Shown: positions 30,355-39,321 of the stretch, piece after piece
Numbering within the stretch: position 1 is the first letter of the stretch
Layout: the number at the start of each line of letters is the position of its first letter
IMG/VR virus record: IMGVR_UViG_2890351070_000001
Location: 1-64,000 of that record
Strand: one strand, 5' to 3'
Origin: a virus
Taxonomy: Duplodnaviria; Caudoviricetes
DNA length: 64,000 nt
Notes under the pieces: model-generated
What the model was told of the DNA's origin: nothing
The model's database searches: none
Seen by the model: only the letters and a program-made list of their open reading frames with translations
Position numbers and translations under genes: made by a program

Positions 30355-30539
30355 ACCCGGCAACAATCGCAACAGTAAACGCGCTTATTGAAATCGGTGT
30401 GTTTGCATTTAAATCAATCAAGGCCGTTCAAAACGGTGATAAAACGCCAGAAGAGATCCGCGCTGAGTGGCCTGCTATTTCTGCAAAGTTAGAGGATGCC
30501 TGGACAGCTTGGGAGGCGGCAGGAAAAACCAATGGCTGA
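30351..30539 (+). CDS. Small phage protein
   Basis: ATGA-coupled to the upstream gene. Confidence 0.55.
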   Translation: MNPATIATVNALIEIGVFAFKSIKAVQNGDKTPEEIRAEWPAISAKLEDAWTAWEAAGKTNG

Positions 30540-30954
30540 TGGCTATGAGTTCACACCTGAATATGATCTAGCTCAGATTAAAGCATCTCGTCCGAGTGGC
30601 GGGGTGCTGGTCTGGGTATCGCCCGATGATCCGGATAATCCTTTTACGGCAGCATGCCCCCACCAGATCACAGGACCAAGAGGGATGTATGTTGTTGTTC
30701 CGGGTGGTTTCAACTACGACGGAGCAAGTGTTCCTCGTCCGTTGTGGTGGTTTATCCCCCGGGCTGATGCTCGGTTCTTTCGAGCAGCAACTTTACACGA
30801 TTTGCTATACGGAACCCACGAAGGTTCACGAGCTGTAGCAGATGCCATAATGCGTATTGTCGCGGAACAAGATCGTATGCCGTGGCTCAAACGTTGGGTT
30901 GCTTATATTGCTGTTAGGCTGGGCGGGCAGGCTGCTTGGTTGAATGATGGCTAA
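30532..30954 (+). CDS. DUF1353 family protein
   Basis: VPGGFNYDGASVPR, AATLHDLLY, AVRLGG. Confidence 0.85.
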   Translation: MADGYEFTPEYDLAQIKASRPSGGVLVWVSPDDPDNPFTAACPHQITGPRGMYVVVPGGFNYDGASVPRPLWWFIPRADARFFRAATLHDLLYGTHEGSRAVADAIMRIVAEQDRMPWLKRWVAYIAVRLGGQAAWLNDG

Positions 30955-31001
30955 TCTCAATATGATAACCTTTAATTTGTCATTGTATGCATTTTACAAA
31001 A

Positions 31002-31046
31002 AAGACACCTAATAAAACTATATTACTGAGTTTTATTAGGTGTCTT
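31002..31046. terminator. Bidirectional terminator at right end of element 1
   Basis: 18-bp inverted repeat aagacacctaataaaact/agttttattaggtgtctt between convergent genes. Confidence 0.75.
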
Positions 31047-31055
31047 GTCTTTTGA

Positions 31056-31346
31056 TCAAAGGTCTTGTGGCGCAAAGTATTTTACAATAGGTGGTACGAG
31101 AAAATATGTAACAAGTTCCTGCATAATACCATTCTCGGTTATGAACTTGATATAGGCCTTATGCTCTTCAATAGATGCCCAATCTTCATCTATAAGCATT
31201 TCTTTTCTGCTAGGATCGAAAAGTATATTCACTCGAATATTGCCAGGAAACTGTCGAACATTTGGTAAGTTTTGTTTTAAAAAAGTAATTAGAGTATCTA
31301 TTTTGTCGGTATTAATCTGACAATTTAACGTTACTCTTACATACAT
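31056..31346 (-). CDS. Antibiotic biosynthesis monooxygenase (ABM) family protein
   Basis: 96 aa; R..PG and E.W.S.E.H.AY pattern. Confidence 0.75.
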   Translation of the reverse strand: MYVRVTLNCQINTDKIDTLITFLKQNLPNVRQFPGNIRVNILFDPSRKEMLIDEDWASIEEHKAYIKFITENGIMQELVTYFLVPPIVKYFAPQDL

Positions 31347-31439
31347 AGTTTTTCTCCATATTATATTGATATGGAGAGGCTATGTATTTATAGAAATTAA
31401 AACTGCCCAGAAAATGTCAAGAATACCGTTTCTGTTTCA

Positions 31440-32351
31440 TTAAGTTATAAAGCGGCGATATTCTTTTGGTGTCATACCATAAGATTCTTTGTAAGATTTA
31501 ATAAAGTGTGAAACGTTTTCATAGCCAATATCGAGCGCAATTTCTGTAATGGTTTGATTCTGTTCTCTTAGAAGTTTTTCTGCATAAGACAAACGTTGTT
31601 TTTTTAACCACTGTTTTGGGGGCATGTTATAACTGGTACGGAAATCTCGATTGAAACTTGATAAACTTCTTCCTGATAATCTTGCTAGATCCGCAATACT
31701 GAGTCTCAGGTGTTCCGGGTTTTGTAGCAGCCTTTTTACATTTCTTTTTGCAGATCGAGGTCGCTGCTGGGCAATAAGTGATGGTAGATTAATTTCTGGA
31801 TTAGAGAGAGCGAGCAGATTTAAAAACTCCAAAAGTTTACTTTTTAATAGTCCTTTAGAAGAAAGTTGTTGCTCATTAAAGAGCCTTAGCGATTGGAAGT
31901 AATGTTTAAAGGCAATGTTACTTTTAATATTTAAAAATTTAACTTCATTCTTTTGTTTATTTCGATTTCTAATGATTTGGTCGGCGAGAAAATTTTTTAC
32001 AACATTTTCATCCAAGAAAATTAGAAAAGCTTTCAGTTGGCTCGACGTTCTGACGTAATCACTATGTAAATTAATACCATAAGGAAGAAACGTTATCGTG
32101 TCGGCATTTATTGTAACAATATTCCCATCGGATGAGGTTATACGTTCTTTGCCCTGTTCGGCGTATATAAAACATGGTGTGTTACAGTAAAACTCAACGT
32201 TTACGAGGTCTTCTTTCAGCTCTTTATAATAAACGGCATTATTCCCATCTTTCATTAAGCAAGACGCTTCCACGAAATTATCTAATGCTTGCGGTAAAAC
32301 AAGTATGTTCTTGGTTGTGAATTTTGCAATGGTTTGTGATGGATTGACCAT
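31440..32351 (-). CDS. AraC family transcriptional regulator
   Basis: LARLSGRSLSSFNRDF and ITEIALDIGYENVSHFIKSYK...GMTPKEYR. Confidence 0.92.
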   Translation of the reverse strand: MVNPSQTIAKFTTKNILVLPQALDNFVEASCLMKDGNNAVYYKELKEDLVNVEFYCNTPCFIYAEQGKERITSSDGNIVTINADTITFLPYGINLHSDYVRTSSQLKAFLIFLDENVVKNFLADQIIRNRNKQKNEVKFLNIKSNIAFKHYFQSLRLFNEQQLSSKGLLKSKLLEFLNLLALSNPEINLPSLIAQQRPRSAKRNVKRLLQNPEHLRLSIADLARLSGRSLSSFNRDFRTSYNMPPKQWLKKQRLSYAEKLLREQNQTITEIALDIGYENVSHFIKSYKESYGMTPKEYRRFIT

Positions 32352-32647
32352 TTTGTTAATCGATTTCTGTGTAATGTTTAATTATTGTCAGTTTGTTTCT
32401 CAAGTAGCACATTGACCACCAAAATACTCTGCGTCATTTTGCTTTATAAATTTAACCGTTTATGAATTTGTTAGTTTAGCTTCTGTGATTTAGAATCCAA
32501 ATTTTCTAATCAAAGTATTGATAGTATGGTTTTATAACGCTTTAACAGCACTGTTCCTGCGCACTTTGATAGAAAGTGCATTTTTCTGTATTTTTCACTT
32601 TACAGATTTGATGTTAGACCTTAGTAATTCGGCTGTTCACAGAATGT

Positions 32648-32738
32648 GGAGAGTTGGCCGAGTGGCTGAAGGCGCTCCCCTGCTAAGGGAGTATACGTTA
32701 ATCGCGTATCGAGGGTTCGAATCCCTCACTCTCCGCCA
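32648..32738 (+). tRNA. tRNA-Ser(GCT); probable prophage integration site
   Basis: Cloverleaf: CTCCC-CT-GCT-AA-GGGAG anticodon arm, long variable arm, GGTTCGAATCC, CCA end. Confidence 0.97.
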
Positions 32739-32746
32739 TTTTGATA

Positions 32747-32780
32747 AGCTCCAAGGCGAAAGTCTCGGAGCTTTTCTTTT
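32747..32780 (+). terminator. Terminator after tRNA
   Basis: aagctcc/ggagctt hairpin plus T-tract. Confidence 0.65.
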
Positions 32781-32869
32781 GTCTAAGTATCTGTATTTAA
32801 ATGCATAATATGAGGTTGAGGAAATAGGTATTCTCTCTTTTCTCGTTATCTGATAAAAGAAAATCATGT

Positions 32870-32893
32870 AAATCGAGACACAAATCGAGACAC
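32870..32893 (+). repeat. Tandem 12-bp repeat, likely integrase arm-type sites
   Basis: aaatcgagacac x2 just upstream of the integrase. Confidence 0.6.
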
Positions 32894-32919
32894 ATTTAAG
32901 GTTTTCTGGAGTCACGCAC

Positions 32920-34221
32920 TTGGACAAAAAACATCTCTTGGTAGTAGGCAAGAAATGGTACTACAAGCGAAGAGTCCCTGAAGAATACCGTCATTTAGAT
33001 AAGCGCGAGTTCGTCCGTGTGTCGCTGAAAACAGATAGTTATGATGAAGCTCTTAAAAGAGTTGTTGCTGTAAATCAGGCAACCGAAGAATATTGGGATA
33101 ACCTTGAGGGCTCCCAATCTCAATTAGCACAAGAGCGATATGAAACTGCAATCAAAATGGCTCGTAAAGTGGGGCTGTCTTACCTGCAGGCAGAGGAAAT
33201 CGCAACAATCCCACTAGAAGATATCATGCATCGCCTATCATTTATGAAGGGCAATAAAAAAGATGCGGCAAAGATGGCTGCTGTCTTTGGTGGTGTGGAA
33301 GAGCCAGAACTAACCTTAATGCAAGCCGAGCAACGTTTTATAGAGCTCGTGCCGGAAAAGTTAAAAGGTAAAAATGCTGATCAGTCCCGACGTTGGCGTA
33401 ACCCACGAAAGAAAGCTATTCGTAACTTTATCTCGGTCATTGGAGACAAGCCATTATCAAAAATTACCAGGGATGATGCTCTTGTTTTTCGTGATTGGTG
33501 GTATAGGCGGATATCAGAAGAGGGTTTAACCGAAAACTCAGCCAATAAGGATATCGGGCATATCCGGCAAATCTTCAACACCATTAAAGACCGCCTCAGA
33601 ATACCTCTGCCTGATGATCCTTTTGAACGGTTATCGTTTTCTGAGAAAAGGTCGTCTGAACGATTGCCGCTCGATCGTAAGTTTGTGCAGACCGAACTTA
33701 TTGACGGAAAAGCTTTAGCCGGTTTGAATGAAGAGGCTCAAGCTTTAGTCATGATTATGGCATCTACTGGTGCGAGGGTTGGCGAAGTGTGCGGGTTAAC
33801 GTCCGAAGAGATAGACCTCACCTCTGATATCCCGTTTATACGCATTCAGTTTAATGAAATTCGTGCTCTTAAAACAGTTTACTCTGTTCGAGACATACCG
33901 CTTTGCGGGTCTGCATTGATCGCGTTGCAAAAATTTCCTGATGGCCTAACAAGATACCTGGGCCGTGCCGATAGCTGTTCTACTGAAATCAACAAGTATT
34001 TTAGAGAGAATTCTATTTTGCCCGATGAGGGTATGTCGCTTTATTCTTTACGTCACACGTTCCAAGACGAATTGGTCGCCCTTGAGTGTGGCGATAGAAT
34101 GCAATGTGATCTAATGGGGCATAAATTTAATAGACCTAGATATGGTCGTGGGGCGACGTTAGCGCATAAGAAGGAATGGGTTGAGCGGTGTGCTTTTTAC
34201 TCATCTTCAACTCAGCCATAG
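32920..34221 (+). CDS. int: Tyrosine integrase with DUF6538-like N-terminus
   Basis: WYYKRRVP, SLKTDS, TGARVGE, YSLRHT, LMGH, RYG. Confidence 0.93.
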   Translation: MDKKHLLVVGKKWYYKRRVPEEYRHLDKREFVRVSLKTDSYDEALKRVVAVNQATEEYWDNLEGSQSQLAQERYETAIKMARKVGLSYLQAEEIATIPLEDIMHRLSFMKGNKKDAAKMAAVFGGVEEPELTLMQAEQRFIELVPEKLKGKNADQSRRWRNPRKKAIRNFISVIGDKPLSKITRDDALVFRDWWYRRISEEGLTENSANKDIGHIRQIFNTIKDRLRIPLPDDPFERLSFSEKRSSERLPLDRKFVQTELIDGKALAGLNEEAQALVMIMASTGARVGEVCGLTSEEIDLTSDIPFIRIQFNEIRALKTVYSVRDIPLCGSALIALQKFPDGLTRYLGRADSCSTEINKYFRENSILPDEGMSLYSLRHTFQDELVALECGDRMQCDLMGHKFNRPRYGRGATLAHKKEWVERCAFYSSSTQP

Positions 34222-34381
34222 CTGCCATAACTTCTAATTGGTCAGAAGCTCTTTTTCTTGCTTCATATTCTTTGTGTAACCGCTCAAATATTGGGCGATA
34301 AACATTGCCATGTTCTTGAACGAGCCAAGCCATGAATGCCGTGGCATCTTCCAATTCCTCTATGGAAATGCGGCTATTCAT
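34136..34381 (-). CDS. Small protein overlapping the int 3' end
   Basis: GGAG RBS; last gene of the leftward operon. Confidence 0.5.
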   Translation of the reverse strand: MNSRISIEELEDATAFMAWLVQEHGNVYRPIFERLHKEYEARKRASDQLEVMAAMAELKMSKKHTAQPIPSYALTSPHDHI

Positions 34382-34553
34382 GGCTATTTATTATCTCCTT
34401 CCTCTCTACTTTCCATATTCAAGCTTTAGGCTTGGCCTCTATTACCTAATTCCCAATTCCTTGCTCAGCTTCTCGACTTGTTTTGCTGTGAGCGGTGGAC
34501 GCCCGACAGCGGCTAAGGCTGCTTGTATACGGCTGCTGTAGGTCATGCGCTTG

Positions 34554-35465
34554 TTACTCTTGGTTTGTTGTTTCATCTTGAGGCCAAGCAGCTTCGTAGG
34601 CATCAATTGTGTCAGGGCTTTTGAGGTGTTCGAGCATTTGGTAACCTGTCTGACGATCAGGTGCTGATTGTATTAGCTCCATAACTTTCTCTTCAAGTTC
34701 GTCCTCGCCAGCACATTCAAAAACTTGACCGTTCCAATCTGTGACTGACCAGCTAAGTTCCGTTGCGTCTTTAAAATCGGGAACTTCTTCCTGATCAATG
34801 TCAACTAGTTCAGGCTCTGGCTTGGCTGGTTTCTGGGCCGTTGCAGCTTGGAGGTTTGGCTTATAGGTTCCGTACGGGTCTGCTTTTAGTTCGCCACTGG
34901 CTTGTATGTCGTCAAGTTCGTCAGTGGTTTTCATGCCATACATAACTTCTGGCATGTGCAACCGGATAAGAAATGTTGCTGACCTGTATGAGAGCATCAA
35001 CTCAGGTATCGATTGATACTTGGTGTTGCTTGTCCATCCTTCTGCCTTAGCCATGGCCATACTAACGGATTGGCTAATATTTTTCCCACCAAACTTATCT
35101 TTTAGCTTTGCTGTTGCTGTTACCTCGAGGCTTTCGCCAGATCCTTTTGTTTCAAAAGTAATGGGGTGCTCTAATTTCCCACATTGATTAGCGCAACTAA
35201 TCAGATAGGTCGTTTTCCATCCGGGTGTTCCGTGAACAAAAAAGATGTTTTGAGCCAGCATAATTGGGTTAATCCGAAGGTCTAAAGCCATAATGCAGAC
35301 AAGTGTGCAATCCTCTTGTTTCTTTTGGAGGTGCTTCGGGACAAGCTGACTCTTAGCCAGCATAGTACCTGCCCGGTACATCTGGTTAAACAATTCAGGG
35401 TTTGTATACGCAGCCATTGGGCTGTTGCTCGGGCCTATAACTGGGACGATGTTTTGTTGTTCCAT
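34554..35465 (-). CDS. RecT/Redbeta-like single-strand annealing protein
   Basis: LAKSQLVP, NP....QNI..VHG.P, A.AEGW, PE.ML.YR. Confidence 0.75.
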   Translation of the reverse strand: MEQQNIVPVIGPSNSPMAAYTNPELFNQMYRAGTMLAKSQLVPKHLQKKQEDCTLVCIMALDLRINPIMLAQNIFFVHGTPGWKTTYLISCANQCGKLEHPITFETKGSGESLEVTATAKLKDKFGGKNISQSVSMAMAKAEGWTSNTKYQSIPELMLSYRSATFLIRLHMPEVMYGMKTTDELDDIQASGELKADPYGTYKPNLQAATAQKPAKPEPELVDIDQEEVPDFKDATELSWSVTDWNGQVFECAGEDELEEKVMELIQSAPDRQTGYQMLEHLKSPDTIDAYEAAWPQDETTNQE

Positions 35466-35467
35466 AA

Positions 35468-36184
35468 TTATCTCACCACTGCTTGTTGTTCTTGGGTAAT
35501 GCTCACACCGGGGATTTCGATAACCCCATCAGCATGAACAGCGCGGGCTGCTTTCAGAATGTCGTCATCTGAGAGATATTGCAGAAGGCTCGCGGAGACC
35601 TTGGCACGATCTTCGATAACAAAGACGGTTTTTGTGCGTAGGCTTGCTGTTTGCCCGTAGTTAGTCCTTACAGATGAATCAGCAGCCTTGATGTTTGCGG
35701 CCTTTTCCAGAGCCTTCTCAGCACGCTGCTTCTCAACTTCATTCTGTGCTGCTTCCCGTTCTGCTTTGGCCTTGGCCTCAGCTTCTTCACGGGCTTTTCT
35801 GGCGGCTTCATCAGCAAGTTGTCTTTGCTCAACCTGATAAGCGGTAAGTTTTGCGCCTGCGACTTTTTTGGCCTTAGAGAGCATTTCGCCGAACGGCTTA
35901 TAGAAAGCGTCTACGGTTTTACCGCTTTCCAGAAACGGGGCTTTATCTTCTTTTCTGGATTTGTCCGCATTAGAGCCAGCTTTAGAGATTTGTTTAATCA
36001 GGACAGTGACCTTGTCGGCAGTGTCTGCATCTTTAATATCAGGTACACGATGAGCGGCCTCATAAAGCTCTGAAACGCGGCCCTCAATACCTTCATTCTT
36101 TTCTTTAAGGTGAGCATTCAATAGCTCAATATCTGAGGGCGGGAAGTTATCGCCAATGCCAGGTGTTTGAATTGCAGTGTCCAT
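35468..36184 (-). CDS. Coiled-coil recombination-module protein (Gp157/Gam-like C-terminus)
   Basis: GIGDN.PP start; R...K.P......VD..Y/F; EIPGV.I. Confidence 0.6.
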   Translation of the reverse strand: MDTAIQTPGIGDNFPPSDIELLNAHLKEKNEGIEGRVSELYEAAHRVPDIKDADTADKVTVLIKQISKAGSNADKSRKEDKAPFLESGKTVDAFYKPFGEMLSKAKKVAGAKLTAYQVEQRQLADEAARKAREEAEAKAKAEREAAQNEVEKQRAEKALEKAANIKAADSSVRTNYGQTASLRTKTVFVIEDRAKVSASLLQYLSDDDILKAARAVHADGVIEIPGVSITQEQQAVVR

Positions 36185-36195
36185 CTTATGAACTC

Positions 36196-36549
36196 CTAAA
36201 AGGTTGGAACGGGTAGCTCGTTAATATCAACGGCCTTGCGTGGGTTGGCTTCCGGCATAAATGGGGCGCTTTCTTCTGCCCACTGCTTGGTTGCCATGAA
36301 GTAATCAAATTCTTGTTTGGTGATCGGTGTGTTGATCCAGACTTTAAAAGGGTCGGCTTCTATTCCGTTGACTTTCGCCATAAGCCAGCCTGAGCGATCA
36401 CAACTTGGGCGGCTAACATGGGGAACACTTCCGCCGATAGTGCACTGACATTCGCGCCAGATACGTGCTGCAACCCAAGGGCCGTTTTTGACAAGGCGTG
36501 TCTTGAAGTAACCGGGCTGTGGGTTTCCGATGTTTCTATGATTACTCAT
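36196..36549 (-). CDS. Hypothetical phage protein
   Basis: PQPGYFK.RLVK.GPWV.ARIW; part of the operon. Confidence 0.65.
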   Translation of the reverse strand: MSNHRNIGNPQPGYFKTRLVKNGPWVAARIWRECQCTIGGSVPHVSRPSCDRSGWLMAKVNGIEADPFKVWINTPITKQEFDYFMATKQWAEESAPFMPEANPRKAVDINELPVPTF

Positions 36550-36687
36550 AGATTGCTCCGTGTATCTCTGTGGGTGTGGGGAGGTGAGGCGGCTCTGGTG
36601 CTGTTCTCGCTATGCCAAATGCCGCCAGGGTGATGATGAAGGTGACAGCGGCAACGCTGAGAACTTCAACGAGCTTTGGGCGGGTCA

Positions 36688-37041
36688 TTACTCTGCTGCT
36701 AAACCAAGTGTATCGCCATATGAGCCAACAAATAGGCTCTCGAACGCGCTTTCATCACGGAACACGCAGCCAGCATCTTCTAGCTGCTCTTTAGCGTCTG
36801 CCATGAAGTTGACGTTGTTTGTTAGATCTTTGAACGCAACACCCTTAAGCGTGTCTGGCAGATCTCGAAGAATGGTTTCTTTGCTTGGATAGCCTTTGAA
36901 GCCTTCCATCTGTAATTCAGTAATCACGGGGCGGTTATCAGCAGCAGTGACAGTTGCAATCAGTTCCAAGCTGCTAAAACAAAACCCATCAACCTTATAG
37001 TCCCATGTCAAAGGTACGGTAGCTTCGATTGATTGTGTCAT
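36688..37041 (-). CDS. First gene of the pL operon, hypothetical
   Basis: ATG downstream of the pL promoter. Confidence 0.6.
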   Translation of the reverse strand: MTQSIEATVPLTWDYKVDGFCFSSLELIATVTAADNRPVITELQMEGFKGYPSKETILRDLPDTLKGVAFKDLTNNVNFMADAKEQLEDAGCVFRDESAFESLFVGSYGDTLGLAAE

Positions 37042-37072
37042 CTGACTGGCCTCTATCTGTTGTGATAGATGC

Positions 37073-37125
37073 AATGTACCCATATTGGGTATAATAGTCA
37101 ATAAAAATATGTACCCATATTGGGT
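37073..37125 (-). promoter_or_regulatory. pL promoter with two repressor operators
   Basis: TTGACT-N17-TACATT on the minus strand; TGTACCCATATTGGGT at 37075 and 37110. Confidence 0.85.
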
Positions 37126-37218
37126 CTTTTTGTTTTTACGTTTTTTGCAAATGATTTGTTAATAGTCTCAGGGTACAAAAAATGCGTACTGGATTAACCG
37201 GTACGCTTCTTGATTGTG

Positions 37219-37251
37219 AATAAGCCTCAGCTAGATTTGCTGAGGTTTATT
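37219..37251. terminator. Terminator downstream of the Xre gene
   Basis: aataagcctcagc/gctgaggtttatt. Confidence 0.65.
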
Positions 37252-37263
37252 TTAATATAAATA

Positions 37264-37695
37264 TCAGATGTTTGTCGTTAATCTTTTAGCCACGAAATCG
37301 ATAACAGCCCTTATATCCTGTGTATTCACTCCGTCCTCAGATGAAGATTTCTCAAGATAATAATCGTAAATAGAAACAAATGCTTCTGCGAAATCTTCTG
37401 GCTTAGCGTTTACCACTCCGGGGTGTTCAGCAAGCCGCAAAGCAATTGACTGAATGGTTTCTCTTATATCTGGGGCTGGCTGTACGGGACCTATATGAAA
37501 TAACATGCCGCTAGCATTCTCGATACTATTCAAGGTTTTTGAGCTTAGAGCGTGGGATGGATCGTCGGAGTTTATAAAGCGGTTGATCGTGGAAATAGCC
37601 ACGCCGCTTTCATTGGCTAGCTTGTAGCCAGACCAGCCTTTGCCGTCCATGACTTGGCGGATATATTTCTTCTGCTTATCAACTAAATTACTCAT
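37264..37695 (-). CDS. Xre-family HTH regulator
   Basis: WSGYKLANESGVAISTINRFIN HTH. Confidence 0.8.
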   Translation of the reverse strand: MSNLVDKQKKYIRQVMDGKGWSGYKLANESGVAISTINRFINSDDPSHALSSKTLNSIENASGMLFHIGPVQPAPDIRETIQSIALRLAEHPGVVNAKPEDFAEAFVSIYDYYLEKSSSEDGVNTQDIRAVIDFVAKRLTTNI

Positions 37696-37830
37696 TAAAC
37701 AAGAGCCAAGCGAAGGGTAAGGGGAAATAATAAATCATACTAATGCCATATAGTCTATAATTGTGAAATTATGAATTGTACAACTATATGTATATGCTGT
37801 GCTGTTGCCAAAAATACACAGAGGTACAAT

Positions 37831-38550
37831 ATGCAAAGCACAAAAATGCTATACGATCTATCCTTTTGTTTGTCTGCAATAAAAGAGCAGCTTGAAGGAT
37901 ATGGAATAGGAATTGAAACATCAGAAGATTTCGAGGAATTTCAATCCGTTTGCGCGGGAGCTGACAGAAGGCATTCAATCTCAGAACCTTTCAGTCCTGA
38001 GTATTTTGACATCTTGCCTAAAGAAGGTGTCTGGATGAGAGGATATGATCATAACGGCAAAACCATTCATACTTCAGCCTTAAGAATAAATGATTTAGGA
38101 GATGTAACGCTAGCTGAGTATTGGTTAAAGCAGCTCAAGCGGTTGCACGGAGGTCAGCCCGCAAAGACATCGTGTCCAGGAGCGAAAAAAATAACAGGCA
38201 AAGTGGTTTATCAGGGCGACGTTTGGTTGCATAAAGATCATAGAGGTAATGACTTGGGTGGTTTGTTTTTCAAGCTTGGCCTTGTAACCGCCTTATTGAA
38301 GTGGGACCCTGATTATGTATATGGATTTGTAGCGGAGAAGTTAATTTTTAAGGGTTTCGCGGCTCGGGGCGGATACGTTCATTGCGAACCGGCAGGATCG
38401 CACTGGTCACAGACCCCAAATGTGGATCCGAAAGATTGGCTGGTATGGATGGGAAAGGATGATGTCCATTATCTCGCAGAACAACCAATGACCGTAACCA
38501 CTGCAAAGAGCCGACCAATAGAATCCCATTTGGAAAGCGAACTGGCATAA
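37831..38550 (+). CDS. GNAT-fold acyltransferase-like protein
   Basis: GDVWLHKDHRGNDLG resembles acyl-CoA-binding motif A; GAGG RBS. Confidence 0.6.
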   Translation: MQSTKMLYDLSFCLSAIKEQLEGYGIGIETSEDFEEFQSVCAGADRRHSISEPFSPEYFDILPKEGVWMRGYDHNGKTIHTSALRINDLGDVTLAEYWLKQLKRLHGGQPAKTSCPGAKKITGKVVYQGDVWLHKDHRGNDLGGLFFKLGLVTALLKWDPDYVYGFVAEKLIFKGFAARGGYVHCEPAGSHWSQTPNVDPKDWLVWMGKDDVHYLAEQPMTVTTAKSRPIESHLESELA

Positions 38551-38959
38551 GTAATCGTTCATAATGAACGACACATTCGCCATGCTTAGGGTGTTGCAGT
38601 GGTGCAATTACGGTGTGCAGTTGCGGCTCCCTTCGCTCTATGACGTCTGCGTATTCATCAGTGATCTTCTCATCAAACTCTCTGTCAGGTGGGCCGGGTG
38701 AACCTGCACAAGCTATTGCCCAATCTTTACCCCAAACGCGAGCAGCAAGAGATTTTGGGCCAACATGTAAGTAGGGGGGAGTTACACCCTTTTGTTCAAC
38801 AACTGACAACTGCAAGTGCCTCAAAATAAAGGCTGCTTCTGCATTATTTCGTATCACGCCATCGTTCTGCTGCCACCAATCCATACCCATATTAAAAATA
38901 GGCCTGCTTTTATCCTCTAGGAGAGAAAAAGATCTTGGCTCTATTAAGGTGACAGGCAT
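38348..38959 (-). CDS. PAS_5-like domain protein
   Basis: Y..V.....P.L and HYERLLMPV signature; coupled to the upstream gene. Confidence 0.55.
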   Translation of the reverse strand: MPVTLIEPRSFSLLEDKSRPIFNMGMDWWQQNDGVIRNNAEAAFILRHLQLSVVEQKGVTPPYLHVGPKSLAARVWGKDWAIACAGSPGPPDREFDEKITDEYADVIERREPQLHTVIAPLQHPKHGECVVHYERLLMPVRFPNGILLVGSLQWLRSLVVLRDNGHHPFPSIPANLSDPHLGSVTSAILPVRNERIRPEPRNP

Positions 38960-38960
38960 T

Positions 38961-39239
38961 TTACTGCCTTCCGATTGTATCGATTGGCACGACATTTTTG
39001 TCGTTTGCTTGAAGTAGTTGCTGATGAGTGAGAATTATCTTGTGAACTTCTACGAGCTGTTCGTAAGAAAGTTTTTCGATGTCGGTAGAGGTAAATCGTT
39101 TCTCTATAAATTGATTTACGATTAAGTCTGTTTTATGAGTTTTAATCGAATGCAGAATATTGCTTTTTAATTCTTCTTTCGAAGGCTGGAGGCACCCTTC
39201 AAAGATTTCAATTAGCCTCTGCTTTATTTCTGAGGTCAT
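38961..39239 (-). CDS. Hypothetical protein
   Basis: 92 aa; C-terminal NVVPI. Confidence 0.55.
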   Translation of the reverse strand: MTSEIKQRLIEIFEGCLQPSKEELKSNILHSIKTHKTDLIVNQFIEKRFTSTDIEKLSYEQLVEVHKIILTHQQLLQANDKNVVPIDTIGRQ

Positions 39240-39321
39240 ACGTTCCGAATACCCCTGTATGCGTTATTTTTGGTTGTTGCATCAAGAGGATACCAGTAAC
39301 GGTGGTTGTGTCAATCTTGAG

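Larger units (their letters stand above)
4260..30954 (+). mobile_element. Element 1: phage-derived virion and lysis cluster without integrase, repressor or replication genes (GTA-like or cryptic prophage)
   Basis: terS-terL-portal-scaffold-capsid-tail-lysis order; bounded by topB and ABM/AraC; no att duplication seen. Confidence 0.8.

Noticed and set aside
31056-32351. ABM/AraC pair as regulator of element 1
   Set aside because: Common stand-alone pair, separated by a strong terminator; no sequence evidence of linkage
32518-32951. ORFs 32518-32808 and 32637-32951
   Set aside because: They overlap the tRNA-Ser gene; spurious
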